From Roseibacillus sp. (GTDB lineage: Bacteria; Verrucomicrobiota; Verrucomicrobiia; Verrucomicrobiales; Akkermansiaceae): a stretch of DNA of 64,000 bases. The first letter of the stretch is position 1. Each line of letters opens with the position of its first letter. The notes under the pieces were generated by a model, which saw nothing but the letters and a program-made list of their open reading frames with translations, had not been told where the DNA came from and did no database searches. The stretch is taken from the NCBI GenBank assembly GCA_965242925.1, contig CBDEUM010000012.1:96001-160000 (forward strand), in the 5' to 3' direction. The translations under genes were made by a program, and so were the position numbers. Below are positions 20,457-30,401 of this stretch, piece by piece.

Positions 20457-22727
20457 ATGCACACCCCGGGTTTTCGACTGGAACTGGTGCTCCTGACCTT
20501 GCTGCTTGCCAGTCCGGTCCGAACCGAGGCGGATCGCCTTCCCCCTGCCTCCCGCCTCACCCTTGAACGGATCCACGGTACCGAGGAATTCAAGGGAAAA
20601 CAATTTGAACTGCGCTGGCTGGAGGATGGCGAACGCTACACCTTCCTCAGGAAGATCACGGAGGGTGATCACGAGGGAAAGAGGGAGATCCGGCTCGCAA
20701 CGGCCGGAAAGAATGAGCAATCCCAACTTCTCGTCGCCGCCGGGGACCTGGTGCCCGAGGGTGCTGAACAACCGTTGACCATCGATGGATACTCCTTTTC
20801 TTCCGATCTTTCCCTGCTCCTGCTCTACACCAATTCGAAACGGGTCTGGCGCCGGAAATCCCGTGGTGATTACTGGATCTTCAACCGCACCAGCAAGAGC
20901 CTGCGCCAACTGGGCGGCGAGGACTCTGCTCCTTCCTCCCTCATGTTTGCCAAGCTCAGCCCGGACGGAAAGCACGTGGCCTATGTCCGTGGTCCTGACA
21001 TTCACCTGGAGTCGCTGCCCGATCACACGATCCGCACCCTCACCACCAGCAACTCCAATCAGATTTTCAACGGACGCTTCGACTGGGTCTATGAGGAAGA
21101 ACTGGGAGTCCGGGATGGCTTCCGCTGGAGCCCCGACAGCCACGCCATCGCCTACTGGCAGTTTGACGAGAGCGGTGTCCGCCGGCACACCATGCTGGAC
21201 CACGTCTCCGGCCGCTACCCCGGGGTGACCAGGTTCGCCTATCCCAAGGTGGGACAGAAGAACGCTGCCTGTCGCGGGGGCGTGGTTGAGATCGACAGTG
21301 GAAAGACCATCTGGCTCCAGATCCCCGGAGATCCCCGCGAACATTACCTTGCACGGATGGAATGGGCCGGACCGGACGACTCCACCGAGCTGATCCTCCA
21401 GCAATTGAACCGGGCTCAGGACACAAAACTCGTCATGCTCGCGCAACGGCGGGACGGATCAGTGAGAACCATCCTCAAGGAGCACGACCCTGCCTGGGTC
21501 GTCATGCACAACGACCTCCACTGGGACCCCAAGGGAGCGAGCTTCACCTGGACAAGCGAGCGGGACGACTGGGAGCAGCTCTACCGCGTCTCCCGGGACG
21601 GAAAGGAGATCACCAAGCTCACCCCCGACGCATTCGACGTCGATCTCCAGCAGGTCGACCGGGACGGACACTGGGCCTATTTTCTCGCCTCTCCGGACAA
21701 TCCAGCGCAACGCTTTCTCTATCGGGTCGGCCTCAACGGCCAGGGGTTGACGCGGTTGACTCCCGGGAAGGAGAAGCGCGGAACGCACTCTTATCGGATT
21801 TCACCCACTGGAGCCTTTGCAGTCTGGACCCGTTCCGATGCCGATACGCCATCGGTAACCCGCCTCATCAGCCTGCCTGATCACAAGGTGATCAAGGTCC
21901 TGGAGGACAACGCCGATCTCCACCGCAGGGTGGACGCTCTCAAACTCGCTCCCGTCGAGTTCTTCCAGGTCGAGATCGCGGAAGGCATTCGCCTTCCTGC
22001 CCGATGCATCAGGCCTTCCAACCTCGACCAAAAGCACAAGTACCCGCTCCTCATCTACGTCTACGGAGAACCGGCCGGACAGGTGGTGCGCGACAGCTGG
22101 GGGGGACTCTGGCATCACATGCTGGCTCAGCAGGGGTACGTCATCATGAGTTTCGACAACCGGGGCAGCCGATCTCCCCTCGGTCGCACCTGGCGTCGCG
22201 AGGCCTTCCGCAAGATCGGAATCCTTCCTCCCCGTGATCAGGCTGCCGCGGTGCGGAGTGTCCTCAGGAAACGCCCCTGGCTCGACCCCGAACGGGTGGG
22301 GTCCTGGGGATGGAGCGGGGGTGGCTCAATGAGCCTCAACGCCATCTTCAAATTCCCCGACCTCTACCAGACCGCTATCGCGGTAGCCTCCGTCCCGGAC
22401 CAGCGGCACTACGACACCATCTATCAGGAACGCTACATGGGCCTGCCCACTGAAAACAGGAAGGCATTCCAGGAGGGTTCCCCGATCAACTTCGCCCAGA
22501 ACCTCAAGGGGAACCTTCTCCTCATCCATGGAGCCGCCGACGACAACTGCCATTACCAGACCTACCTGAAACTGGTCGACAAGCTCATCGAGCACAACAA
22601 GCCCTTTTCCATGATGACCTATCCTCGTGGCACCCACTCCATCAACGAAGGCAAGAATGCACGTCGTCACGTTTACGAGACCATGACGCGTTTTCTGCAC
22701 GCAAAAATGCCCCCGGGACCACGCTGA
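20457..22727 (+). CDS. Dipeptidyl peptidase IV (S9B) family protein
   Basis: 'NGRFDWVYEEE', 'YPKVG', 'GWSGGG', 'HGAADDNCH', 'YPRGTH'. Start at ATG 20457, before the signal peptide. Confidence 0.92.
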   Translation: MHTPGFRLELVLLTLLLASPVRTEADRLPPASRLTLERIHGTEEFKGKQFELRWLEDGERYTFLRKITEGDHEGKREIRLATAGKNEQSQLLVAAGDLVPEGAEQPLTIDGYSFSSDLSLLLLYTNSKRVWRRKSRGDYWIFNRTSKSLRQLGGEDSAPSSLMFAKLSPDGKHVAYVRGPDIHLESLPDHTIRTLTTSNSNQIFNGRFDWVYEEELGVRDGFRWSPDSHAIAYWQFDESGVRRHTMLDHVSGRYPGVTRFAYPKVGQKNAACRGGVVEIDSGKTIWLQIPGDPREHYLARMEWAGPDDSTELILQQLNRAQDTKLVMLAQRRDGSVRTILKEHDPAWVVMHNDLHWDPKGASFTWTSERDDWEQLYRVSRDGKEITKLTPDAFDVDLQQVDRDGHWAYFLASPDNPAQRFLYRVGLNGQGLTRLTPGKEKRGTHSYRISPTGAFAVWTRSDADTPSVTRLISLPDHKVIKVLEDNADLHRRVDALKLAPVEFFQVEIAEGIRLPARCIRPSNLDQKHKYPLLIYVYGEPAGQVVRDSWGGLWHHMLAQQGYVIMSFDNRGSRSPLGRTWRREAFRKIGILPPRDQAAAVRSVLRKRPWLDPERVGSWGWSGGGSMSLNAIFKFPDLYQTAIAVASVPDQRHYDTIYQERYMGLPTENRKAFQEGSPINFAQNLKGNLLLIHGAADDNCHYQTYLKLVDKLIEHNKPFSMMTYPRGTHSINEGKNARRHVYETMTRFLHAKMPPGPR

Positions 22728-22792
22728 ATCACAGCACCACTGCCATTCCATCCAGCCCTTCCTCAGGCCGGCGGATCGGATTGAGGGCTCGC

Positions 22793-22820
22793 TTGCAACA
22801 TTCCGCGTGGTATGTAAGGT
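22793..22820 (+). promoter_or_regulatory. Candidate leaderless sigma70 promoter of the TetR gene
   Basis: TTGCAA-N16-TAAGGT-N7-ATG(22828). Confidence 0.5.
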
Positions 22821-22827
22821 TCCGGCC

Positions 22828-23448
22828 ATGCCCCGCGTACGTGATCCCAAACGGACCCGACGCAAGGTGCTGGAAGCCAGCTACCGCGAATTTTACCGGC
22901 ACGGGTTCCAGGGCGGGAGCATCAATCGCATCGTGACGGCAGCAGGTATCACCAAGGGTGCCCTGTTCCATCACTTTGCGGGCAAGAACGAGTTGGGTTA
23001 TGCCGTTCTGGACGAATTCCTCACCCCCGCTGTCAACAACTGGTGGGTGGAACCCCTGCACGATGCCGGAGATCCGGTTCAGGCGCTGCGCAACATCCTC
23101 AAGCGATTTCTCAAACGAATCGAGGAGGAGGATCCGGAGGCTGGCTTTCTCTTCAACGGTTGCCCGATCTGCAATTTAGCGGTGGAAATGTCTCCTCTCG
23201 ACGAAGGGTTCCGCGAACGTCTTGGCACCATCTACGACACCTGGCATTGTGCCATTTCCGAGGCACTGGAACGTGGCCAGGCAACTGCAGTGGTCCGGTC
23301 GGATATCAACCCGACTGCGGAAGCCTCCTTCCTCGTTTCCATCATGGCGGGCAGTGCCAGCGTGGGAAAGGTGACCCAGCAAATGGCATTCTTCCGAAAC
23401 TGCATCAAGGTCGCTCAAATCCACGTCGAGAGTCTGGTCCCGTCCTGA
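22828..23448 (+). CDS. TetR/AcrR family transcriptional regulator
   Basis: HTH 'FYRHGFQGGSINRIVTAAGITKGALFHHFAGKNEL'; C-terminal 'GCPICNLAVE'. Confidence 0.93.
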   Translation: MPRVRDPKRTRRKVLEASYREFYRHGFQGGSINRIVTAAGITKGALFHHFAGKNELGYAVLDEFLTPAVNNWWVEPLHDAGDPVQALRNILKRFLKRIEEEDPEAGFLFNGCPICNLAVEMSPLDEGFRERLGTIYDTWHCAISEALERGQATAVVRSDINPTAEASFLVSIMAGSASVGKVTQQMAFFRNCIKVAQIHVESLVPS

Positions 23449-23469
23449 CCGGGAAGGAAATGCCGGAAG

Positions 23470-25053
23470 CTACCGCACAAGTTTCTCAACCGCCTCGGCA
23501 CACTTCCGTCCGTCCAGGGCAGCCGATACGATCCCTCCGGCGTAACCCGCACCTTCACCACAGGGAAAGAGTCCGACCACTCCCGGGTGTTGCAGGCTTG
23601 AGGCGTCCCGCGGAATACGCACCGGAGAGCTGCTTCGGGTCTCGAAACCCACCAGAAGGGCCTCCTCACTGAGATAGCCCTTCATCGACTTACCGAAGCG
23701 ACGCAACCCCTCCCGCAATCGAAGACCGATGAATTCCGGCAGGAGCTCTTCCAACCGGGCAGATCGCACCCCGGGATAGTAACTCGTCCCGGGCAGATTC
23801 TCAGACTCGCGCCTCTTGAGGAAATCCACCAGCCGCTGCGCGGGCGCAACTTGCCCTCCTCCCCCCGCTTTCTTGGCGGATTTCTCCACTTCCCGTTGCA
23901 GGGCCGGGCCAGCCAGCACTCCATGTTCGGCTCTCCAGGGAACGGTGTCTTCAGGCTCGATCCCGACCACGATCCCGCTGTTAGCATAGGGCGAGTCCCG
24001 CCGCGAGAGTGACATGCCGTTCACCACCACCTCGTCGTTGGCAGTGGCACAGGGCACGATGAAGCCCCCGGGGCACATGCAGAACGAGTGCACGCTGCGA
24101 CCCTCCACCGTAGTGGCAAGCCGGTAGCGGGCAGCAGGAAGCGCCCCGGAGCGTTCCCTGCCGAGGTCGAGATGATACTGAATGCTGTCGATGAGCGGTT
24201 GAGGATGCTCGATACGCACTCCCATCGCGAAGGCCTTCTGTTCCAGAGACACCGCGTGTCGCAGCAGGAGGAGGTAGATGTCCCGGGCCGAATGTCCGGT
24301 CGCAAGGATCACACCCTCGCCACGAAACTCACGCCCGTCCGCCGTGGTCACTCCCTCCAGACGCGACCCGGCATCGTCGAGAATGAGTTCTTCCACTCTG
24401 CTCTGGAAATGCACCTCACCCCCTGCCGCCAGGATGGTCTCCCGCAATGCCTTCACCACCTTCGGGAGAAGGTTCGAGCCAATGTGGGGATGCGCCTCGG
24501 TGAGAATCCCTGTGGGAGCCCCGTGAGCGACCAGAATCTCGTAGATCTCGCGCACCGGCCCGCGCTTGGTTGCACGGGTATAGAGCTTCCCGTCCGAAAA
24601 GGCACCCGCCCCGCCCTCTCCGAAGCAGTAATTCGAATCCTCGATCACGCGCCCCTCGCGCAGAACAGGGGCAAGATCAAAGCGCCGGGCGGATACATCC
24701 TTACCCTGTTCCAGGATGATCGGGCACAGGCCCAGTTGAATACAACGGAGGGCTGCAAAGATTCCTGCGGGTCCGCAACCCACGATCACAACCCGTCTGG
24801 CCTGCGGGGAAAGGACCGAAAAAGAAGGCGGAGCCGGTTTCTCCGGCCGCAACGGAGAATCGATCCCCACCAGCAGCCGAAGGCGAAAACGAACAGGCGC
24901 CTTGCGGGCATCGACGGACCTCTTGAGCAGTTCCACGCTCGCCACCCGGGCCGGCGGAAAATTCAACCTCCGGGCCACCGCCCGACGCCAGGCCTCCTGA
25001 TCGTCCCCCTTGTCGACAGCGAGAGTGATATCAACTTCGCACGAATCTCCCAT
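23470..25053 (-). CDS. Uncharacterized FAD-dependent oxidoreductase
   Basis: 'VIVGCGPAG', 'FGEGGAGAFSDGKL', 'HPHIGSN', 'SFCMCPGG', 'GEGAGYAGGIVSAALDG'. Confidence 0.9.
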   Translation of the reverse strand: MGDSCEVDITLAVDKGDDQEAWRRAVARRLNFPPARVASVELLKRSVDARKAPVRFRLRLLVGIDSPLRPEKPAPPSFSVLSPQARRVVIVGCGPAGIFAALRCIQLGLCPIILEQGKDVSARRFDLAPVLREGRVIEDSNYCFGEGGAGAFSDGKLYTRATKRGPVREIYEILVAHGAPTGILTEAHPHIGSNLLPKVVKALRETILAAGGEVHFQSRVEELILDDAGSRLEGVTTADGREFRGEGVILATGHSARDIYLLLLRHAVSLEQKAFAMGVRIEHPQPLIDSIQYHLDLGRERSGALPAARYRLATTVEGRSVHSFCMCPGGFIVPCATANDEVVVNGMSLSRRDSPYANSGIVVGIEPEDTVPWRAEHGVLAGPALQREVEKSAKKAGGGGQVAPAQRLVDFLKRRESENLPGTSYYPGVRSARLEELLPEFIGLRLREGLRRFGKSMKGYLSEEALLVGFETRSSSPVRIPRDASSLQHPGVVGLFPCGEGAGYAGGIVSAALDGRKCAEAVEKLVR

Positions 25054-25057
25054 CGCC

Positions 25058-25408
25058 TCACATCCCGATCACCGCCTTCTCCCCGTTCTCATCCACGTTC
25101 ACGAAGGTGACCCGGGTAGTGAAAATGGGGTCGCCATCGCCTGCCTTGCCGAGGCACACCGTCACTTCATAGGTGACCGAGGTCGATCCCGCCTGTTGTT
25201 TCTCAGATCGGATGGAGAGAATCGTCCCATCGCGCACACTGTGACGGAAGACCACCTCATCCATCCCGATCGTGACAAAGCGGCAGGCCGGAAAATCGAG
25301 ACTGGCGGCGATCCAGCTCGCCTCGTCAACCCAGCGCAGCAGACGCCCGCCGAAGAGAAACCCATAGTGGTTGAGATCCTCGGGAAGAACGAGACGATAC
25401 GTTTCCAT
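25058..25408 (-). CDS. HotDog-fold acyl-CoA thioesterase (YciA-like)
   Basis: 'LVLPEDLNHYGFLFGGRLLRWVDE', 'G.TS', 'TFVNVDENG'. Confidence 0.9.
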   Translation of the reverse strand: METYRLVLPEDLNHYGFLFGGRLLRWVDEASWIAASLDFPACRFVTIGMDEVVFRHSVRDGTILSIRSEKQQAGSTSVTYEVTVCLGKAGDGDPIFTTRVTFVNVDENGEKAVIGM

Positions 25409-25471
25409 TCGGTTGCGAAAGGCTCCTACTTTTTGGTCCCTGTTCCGCCACGCAAAGGCGATTTCGAAGCT

Positions 25472-25924
25472 TCAGGAGACTGGCCGGATGAGGATGCGTT
25501 TGAGGCGCTCATCGCTCCTCGGCGAAACAGTCTCCACCTCATCGTCATCGACCAGGGCATTGTGCACGATCCGACGGTGGTAGGCATTGAGGGGCCGCAT
25601 CTTCATTGATTTTCCGCTGTCCTTTGCCTGGTCGGCCAGTTCCCGCGCGGTGGTGATAAGTTTTTCCTCCTGGCGCACGCGGAAATGATCGCAGTCGATC
25701 CGGATACGGGGCGGATCCTGCATCTTCTTCTGCAGGATCCGATTGACGAGATACTGCAGGTCGTCGAGTCGATCCCCGTGCTTGCCGATGAGGAGACCGC
25801 TCTCCTCGGTAAGAACCTGCAGGCAGGCCCCTTCCTGGCTTTCTTCCTCCTCGATGGTCACCTCATACCCAAGATGAGTAACCATTGACTCAAGAATCTG
25901 GTGGGCTTCGGAGAGAGCTTCCAT
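25472..25924 (-). CDS. jag: Jag/KhpB (EloR) RNA-binding protein, KH + R3H, without Jag_N
   Basis: 'LLIGKHGDRLDDLQYLVN' (KH) and 'NAYHRRIVHNAL' (R3H); lies downstream of yidC. Confidence 0.88.
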   Translation of the reverse strand: MEALSEAHQILESMVTHLGYEVTIEEEESQEGACLQVLTEESGLLIGKHGDRLDDLQYLVNRILQKKMQDPPRIRIDCDHFRVRQEEKLITTARELADQAKDSGKSMKMRPLNAYHRRIVHNALVDDDEVETVSPRSDERLKRILIRPVS

Positions 25925-25930
25925 GGGGAC

Positions 25931-25958
25931 AGCTTAGGAGGAGGGGCCGCCCGGTCAA
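25931..25958 (-). promoter_or_regulatory. Candidate leaderless sigma70 promoter of jag
   Basis: Minus strand: TTGACC-N16-TAAGCT-N6-ATG. Confidence 0.6.
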
Positions 25959-26016
25959 GCCGGGTGTCGCGCTTCTCCCGCCCGGAGTCCCATCAAGCCC
26001 TGCACGCGGGGCACTC

Positions 26017-27903
26017 TTATCCTCCCGTCCGTGGGCCGCGTTTCTTGGGCTTCTTGGGTCCGGGTCCACCCATCTGCTTCGCGCGCATCTCCTTCTGTGT
26101 CTTCTGGGCCACCTCGGCGCGCTCCTGGAGCCGCTGGAAGAATCCCTTCTTCTTCCCTCCCTTCTTCTTGAGTTCCGGTTCCGGCAGGCGCCGGGTGATC
26201 AGCATTTGCACGATCGCGAAGATATTGGAGGTGGTCCAGTAGAGCGCCAGAGCGGAGGCAAAATTGTAGCAGAAGAAGAAGAAGATAATGGGCATCATCA
26301 TGAAGAGACGCCGTTGCATCTTATCACCCGTCTTGGGCGTGAGGGCCATCTGCAGCACCATCGTGACCGCCATCACGGTGGGAAGGAGGTTCACCCCATC
26401 CCCGAGAAAGGGCAGTGAAAAGGGCAAGGTGGCCACCGTGTCCGGAAGGGCAAGGTCCTCAACCCAGAGGAACGATTGCTGGCGAAGCTCCACTGCATAC
26501 TGCAGCATGATGTAGAAACCGAAAAAGATGGGGATCTGCACCAGCAGGGGCAGGCACCCACCCAGCGGGTTGATTCCGTACTCCCGGTACATCTTCATCA
26601 TCTCCTGGTTCATGCGCCCGGGATCGTCGGCATACTTCTCGCGAAGTTCCTTCATTTCCGGCTGCAGCTTGGACATGCGCTTCATGGCGCGAGTCGACTT
26701 GTTCTGCAGAGGCCACATGACAGCCCGGATGATGATAGTGAGTGTCACAATGGCAAAACCCCACCCCCAGGCATCGAACATCTTGGAGAACAGTCCCGAA
26801 AAGAGCCCGTTCAGGAGCCAGCTAAGAACATAGCTGATCCCCCCGAAAATGCCGTAATTCATCACCTCCCCATAGTCCTCACCGATCTTGCGCAGCAGGA
26901 GGTTATCCTTGGGACCGAGGTAGAGATTGAAGGTCAATGACTCCTTGTTGTCCCCCTTCACACTGAGGGTCTCCTCCGGCAGGCTCATCCCCATCCGAAT
27001 AGCTTCCCCGGACCCACCACCAGCGATCTCGGGCAACTGAACCGCCCGACGGTCCCCCCAGATCCAGGCGTCGTAGGCGGTTTCGGGCTCGATAATGGTG
27101 GCAAAGAACTGGTTGCTTACTCCCGCAAAACCAAGGATGCCCCCGTCCCCCCTGAAGGGAGGCTTCTTCCCCTTCTTGAACTTGAGGACCCGTCGCTTCT
27201 TGTAGTCCCCGTCCTTTTGATAAAAGAGGGTGATGTGGCGATCCCATTCCCCCTTCCAGAGCGGAGCAGCCGACCCAGCAAAGAGGCCGTAATCACTTAA
27301 CTGGACCGGGTTCTCGCCGTGATTTTCAAATTCCAGATCGAGCTTGAGCCTGTAGGACTGACCTGCCACTTCATTCTCTTCGAGGGTCCATCGCTTCCTG
27401 ATGATGAGCCCGCCCTTCGTCTGGCCTATGAAGGAAATGCTGTTTGAGGTATCGCGCTCTTTCTCGTGCCGATAAACGATATCCAGATACTCGTCCACCC
27501 CGCTGGTCAGGCGGCCGACAGGCTGAGGCTCATCCTTGTTGAGGCTCACCAGGTTCTCCTTGTCCTTCACGGCATACTGGCCGCTGATCTCGGCATGCTT
27601 GATCCCCCCCCCAAAGGTGGTGAAGGTATAGACGACATCCCCGGACCTCAGGATCGGCGTCTCTTCTTCCACCACCGGATCGGGTTCGGGTTCCAGCGGC
27701 GTTACCAACGGTTCCTCTGTCTCTTCAGACTGGGGATCTCCCTCGGGCCCCTTCTCCTTTTCTTCAGCCGCCTGCGCCTGCTCGGCCTCTTTCCGCTCGC
27801 GCTCCTGCTCCAGCAGAGTCTCGCGGTTCTTCCCACTGAAATACAGATTTACGGCCAACCCCAGGCAGCACAACACGATGACGATCCAAGCCTTACGATC
27901 CAA
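26017..27903 (-). CDS. yidC: Membrane protein insertase YidC
   Basis: 'WGFAIVTLT', 'GINPLGGCLPLLVQIPIF', 'FLWVEDL', 'LALYW'; TTG start; rpmH-rnpA-yidD-yidC synteny. Confidence 0.96.
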   Translation of the reverse strand: MDRKAWIVIVLCCLGLAVNLYFSGKNRETLLEQERERKEAEQAQAAEEKEKGPEGDPQSEETEEPLVTPLEPEPDPVVEEETPILRSGDVVYTFTTFGGGIKHAEISGQYAVKDKENLVSLNKDEPQPVGRLTSGVDEYLDIVYRHEKERDTSNSISFIGQTKGGLIIRKRWTLEENEVAGQSYRLKLDLEFENHGENPVQLSDYGLFAGSAAPLWKGEWDRHITLFYQKDGDYKKRRVLKFKKGKKPPFRGDGGILGFAGVSNQFFATIIEPETAYDAWIWGDRRAVQLPEIAGGGSGEAIRMGMSLPEETLSVKGDNKESLTFNLYLGPKDNLLLRKIGEDYGEVMNYGIFGGISYVLSWLLNGLFSGLFSKMFDAWGWGFAIVTLTIIIRAVMWPLQNKSTRAMKRMSKLQPEMKELREKYADDPGRMNQEMMKMYREYGINPLGGCLPLLVQIPIFFGFYIMLQYAVELRQQSFLWVEDLALPDTVATLPFSLPFLGDGVNLLPTVMAVTMVLQMALTPKTGDKMQRRLFMMMPIIFFFFCYNFASALALYWTTSNIFAIVQMLITRRLPEPELKKKGGKKKGFFQRLQERAEVAQKTQKEMRAKQMGGPGPKKPKKRGPRTGG

Positions 27904-27918
27904 AACGAGAGTCCTTTG

Positions 27919-28236
27919 CTACTTGAGGTGGGGTTCAGAGTCGAGAACGGAAGGGCGGGGACGGGATTCACCGGAGCGGGTACTGCCAGAGTCTATCGCA
28001 TCCACCACGACCGGCGGAACGGGGTCATACCCACAGCCCCCCCACGGATGACAGCGCAAAATTCTGCAAATCCCCAACCAGCTCCCCTTGAATGATCCAT
28101 GCCGCTCCACTGCCTCCAGGAAGTAATGCGAGCAACTGGGATCATAGCGGCAGTTCGCTCCCCCTGAAACAGCATGCAAAACCGGACGCAGAAACTTCTG
28201 GTAACCACGAATGCCGATCCGAATGACGCACTTCAT
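27919..28236 (-). CDS. yidD: Membrane protein insertion efficiency factor YidD
   Basis: '[26 protein letters not shown]...[15 protein letters not shown]'. Confidence 0.95.
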   Translation of the reverse strand: MKCVIRIGIRGYQKFLRPVLHAVSGGANCRYDPSCSHYFLEAVERHGSFKGSWLGICRILRCHPWGGCGYDPVPPVVVDAIDSGSTRSGESRPRPSVLDSEPHLK

Positions 28237-28255
28237 CTGATTCTCGAGTTCCCCC

Positions 28256-28633
28256 TCAATCCGGGTTCTGTTCCATAGGCTGATCCTCCTGCAGGATACC
28301 AAGCCGCCGGGCCAAACGCAGCCAGTCGGCCTCCAGTTCCTGAAAGCTGGCTTCACCAGCCTTGCGGCGGGCGACCATGACAAGATACCGTCCGGATTCC
28401 AGTTTGTCACCGTGGTTGATCAGGATGGCCCGCAGGTGCCGACGAATCCGGTTACGATCCACTGCTCTCCGGGCAGCCCGACGGGAGGTGATCAGGCCGA
28501 ACTTGATAATCCCTGAATGGGAATGAGGCAGGGTCGCCATGACGAAATTGCGGGTGGCCAGAGACTCCCCGCTCTTCCTCACCGCGGCGAATTCTTCGCG
28601 CCGCGTCATGCTCAATCGGCGCGGCAGTCGCAT
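28256..28633 (-). CDS. rnpA: Ribonuclease P protein component
   Basis: '[21 protein letters not shown]' RNR motif; synteny. Confidence 0.93.
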   Translation of the reverse strand: MRLPRRLSMTRREEFAAVRKSGESLATRNFVMATLPHSHSGIIKFGLITSRRAARRAVDRNRIRRHLRAILINHGDKLESGRYLVMVARRKAGEASFQELEADWLRLARRLGILQEDQPMEQNPD

Positions 28634-28684
28634 GATTTCAGGGCGGACATGGCCCCGGTGCGGGCTCTCGGCCCGGACGGACCG

Positions 28685-28870
28685 TTACTTCCCGTGCTGA
28701 ACGGTGTGACGCTTGTATGGCAGTTCCGCCCCCTTGGGCAGCAGGCGCTTACGGCCCCTCTGGCGGCGACGCTTGAGAATGCCCCGACCTGCCTTGGTGG
28801 CCATGCGAGCCCGGAAGCCGTGTTGGCGCTTGCGGACACGTTTGGAGGGTTGATATGTACGCTTGCTCAT
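28685..28870 (-). CDS. rpmH: 50S ribosomal protein L34 with C-terminal extension
   Basis: '[38 protein letters not shown]'. Confidence 0.97.
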   Translation of the reverse strand: MSKRTYQPSKRVRKRQHGFRARMATKAGRGILKRRRQRGRKRLLPKGAELPYKRHTVQHGK

Positions 28871-28916
28871 GGTTTTCAGGCGGTTCTGGGGCTGAGAACG
28901 CTACCGGGGGGGCGGG

Positions 28917-28944
28917 AGACTATCTGCAGTTCCCCATTTGTCAA
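28917..28944 (-). promoter_or_regulatory. Sigma70 promoter of the rpmH operon
   Basis: Minus strand: TTGACA-N16-TAGTCT, 46 nt upstream of the ATG. Confidence 0.65.
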
Positions 28945-29134
28945 TGCGTCAGGAGACTTTCCGGCTTCAAAACACCAAAAAAACCTGCCCCGGGTCCATC
29001 CCCTGTTAGCGATGGACAAATTCTCCCGAGACTCCCCGATCAAAGCTCCGTCCCGGGGGGCCGGGCGAGAAATCCCGATTGGTGGAAGAAGCAGGCCGCA
29101 GGCCGGCAACCCTGGCGAACATTACGCGTCCCGG

Positions 29135-30334
29135 TCACTCCTCCCTGAGGAAGCGACAGGCCTGTTCCAGGTCCTTATCACCACGTCCCGAGAGGTTTGC
29201 TATGATCACATCGCTCGCCGGTAGTTGCGGAGCGACCTTTGCAACATAGGCAATGGCATGAGCGCTCTCCAGAGCCGGGATGATTCCCTCGATCTCGGAA
29301 AGTTCCTTGAACCCGGCCAGCGCCTCGTCATCGGTGGCATAGGTGTATTCAACCCGTCCAAGTTCCTTGAGGAAAGCGTGCTCGGGACCCACCGCGGCGT
29401 AGTCCAGTCCGGCACTCACGGAATGAGTAAGCTCTATTTGTCCGTCATCATCCGCCAGGAGCCAGGTCTTGGTCCCCTGCAGGACACCCAGTTTTCCACC
29501 CTGAAAACGCGCGGCATGTTTCTCGGGCAGAATCCCCTCCCCGCCCGCTTCCACCCCCACCATGCGGACCTCCTCGTCCTCCAGGAAGGGATGAAAAAGC
29601 CCGATTGCATTGGACCCCCCCCCAACACAGGCGACCAGAAGATCGGGCAGGCGGCCTTCCTTGGCCAGAATCTGCTCGCGGGCCTCCCGGCCGATCACCC
29701 GGTGAAAATCCCTCACCATCATGGGAAATGGATGAGAGCCCAGGGCCGAGCCGAGAATGTAGTGCGTGTTCTCCACGGTCGCGGTCCAGTCACGCATTGC
29801 CTCGCTCACCGCCTCCTTGAGGGTGGCCTGGCCCGCGCTGACAGGAACCACTTTGGCCCCGAGCAGTTCCATGCGCTGCACATTGGGCGCCTGCCGCTCC
29901 ATGTCGACCCGCCCCATGTAAACGGTACAGTCAAGTCCGAACCTGGCGCACACCGTGGCGGTGGCCACCCCGTGCTGCCCGGCACCAGTTTCTGCGATAA
30001 TGCGCTTCTTACCCAGCCGCCTTGCCATGAGCGCCTGACCGATTGCGTTATTGATCTTGTGGGCCCCGGTGTGAAGGAGATCCTCCCGTTTGAGGTACAC
30101 CTTTGCCCCGCCCATCATCTCACTCCACCGTCGAGCGTGGTAAAGCGGAGTGGGCCGCCCGCAGTAATCCGTCAGGAGGGACTCGAATTCACGCTGAAAT
30201 TCGTCGTCGACCCGCGCCCGTTCATACTCCTCCGCCAGTTCCTGCAGAGGCGCCATCAGGGTCTCCGGCACGAACATGCCGCCATACTGCCCAAAGTGAC
30301 CGGTGGCGTCCGGGACGGATGGGAGCGAGCTCAT
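29135..30334 (-). CDS. trpB: Tryptophan synthase beta chain
   Basis: '[16 protein letters not shown]', 'AETGAGQHG', 'VGGGSNA', 'SAGLDY', 'LSGRGDKD'. Confidence 0.98.
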   Translation of the reverse strand: MSSLPSVPDATGHFGQYGGMFVPETLMAPLQELAEEYERARVDDEFQREFESLLTDYCGRPTPLYHARRWSEMMGGAKVYLKREDLLHTGAHKINNAIGQALMARRLGKKRIIAETGAGQHGVATATVCARFGLDCTVYMGRVDMERQAPNVQRMELLGAKVVPVSAGQATLKEAVSEAMRDWTATVENTHYILGSALGSHPFPMMVRDFHRVIGREAREQILAKEGRLPDLLVACVGGGSNAIGLFHPFLEDEEVRMVGVEAGGEGILPEKHAARFQGGKLGVLQGTKTWLLADDDGQIELTHSVSAGLDYAAVGPEHAFLKELGRVEYTYATDDEALAGFKELSEIEGIIPALESAHAIAYVAKVAPQLPASDVIIANLSGRGDKDLEQACRFLREE

Positions 30335-30340
30335 GATGGA

Positions 30341-30368
30341 AGCGTGCCGCGGCAGATCAAAAAGTCAA
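30341..30368 (-). promoter_or_regulatory. Candidate leaderless promoter of trpB
   Basis: Minus strand: TTGACT-N16-CACGCT-N6-ATG. Confidence 0.5.
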
Positions 30369-30401
30369 AGGTGGAAACTTCCACGGGGACCCGGGCTCCG
30401 C

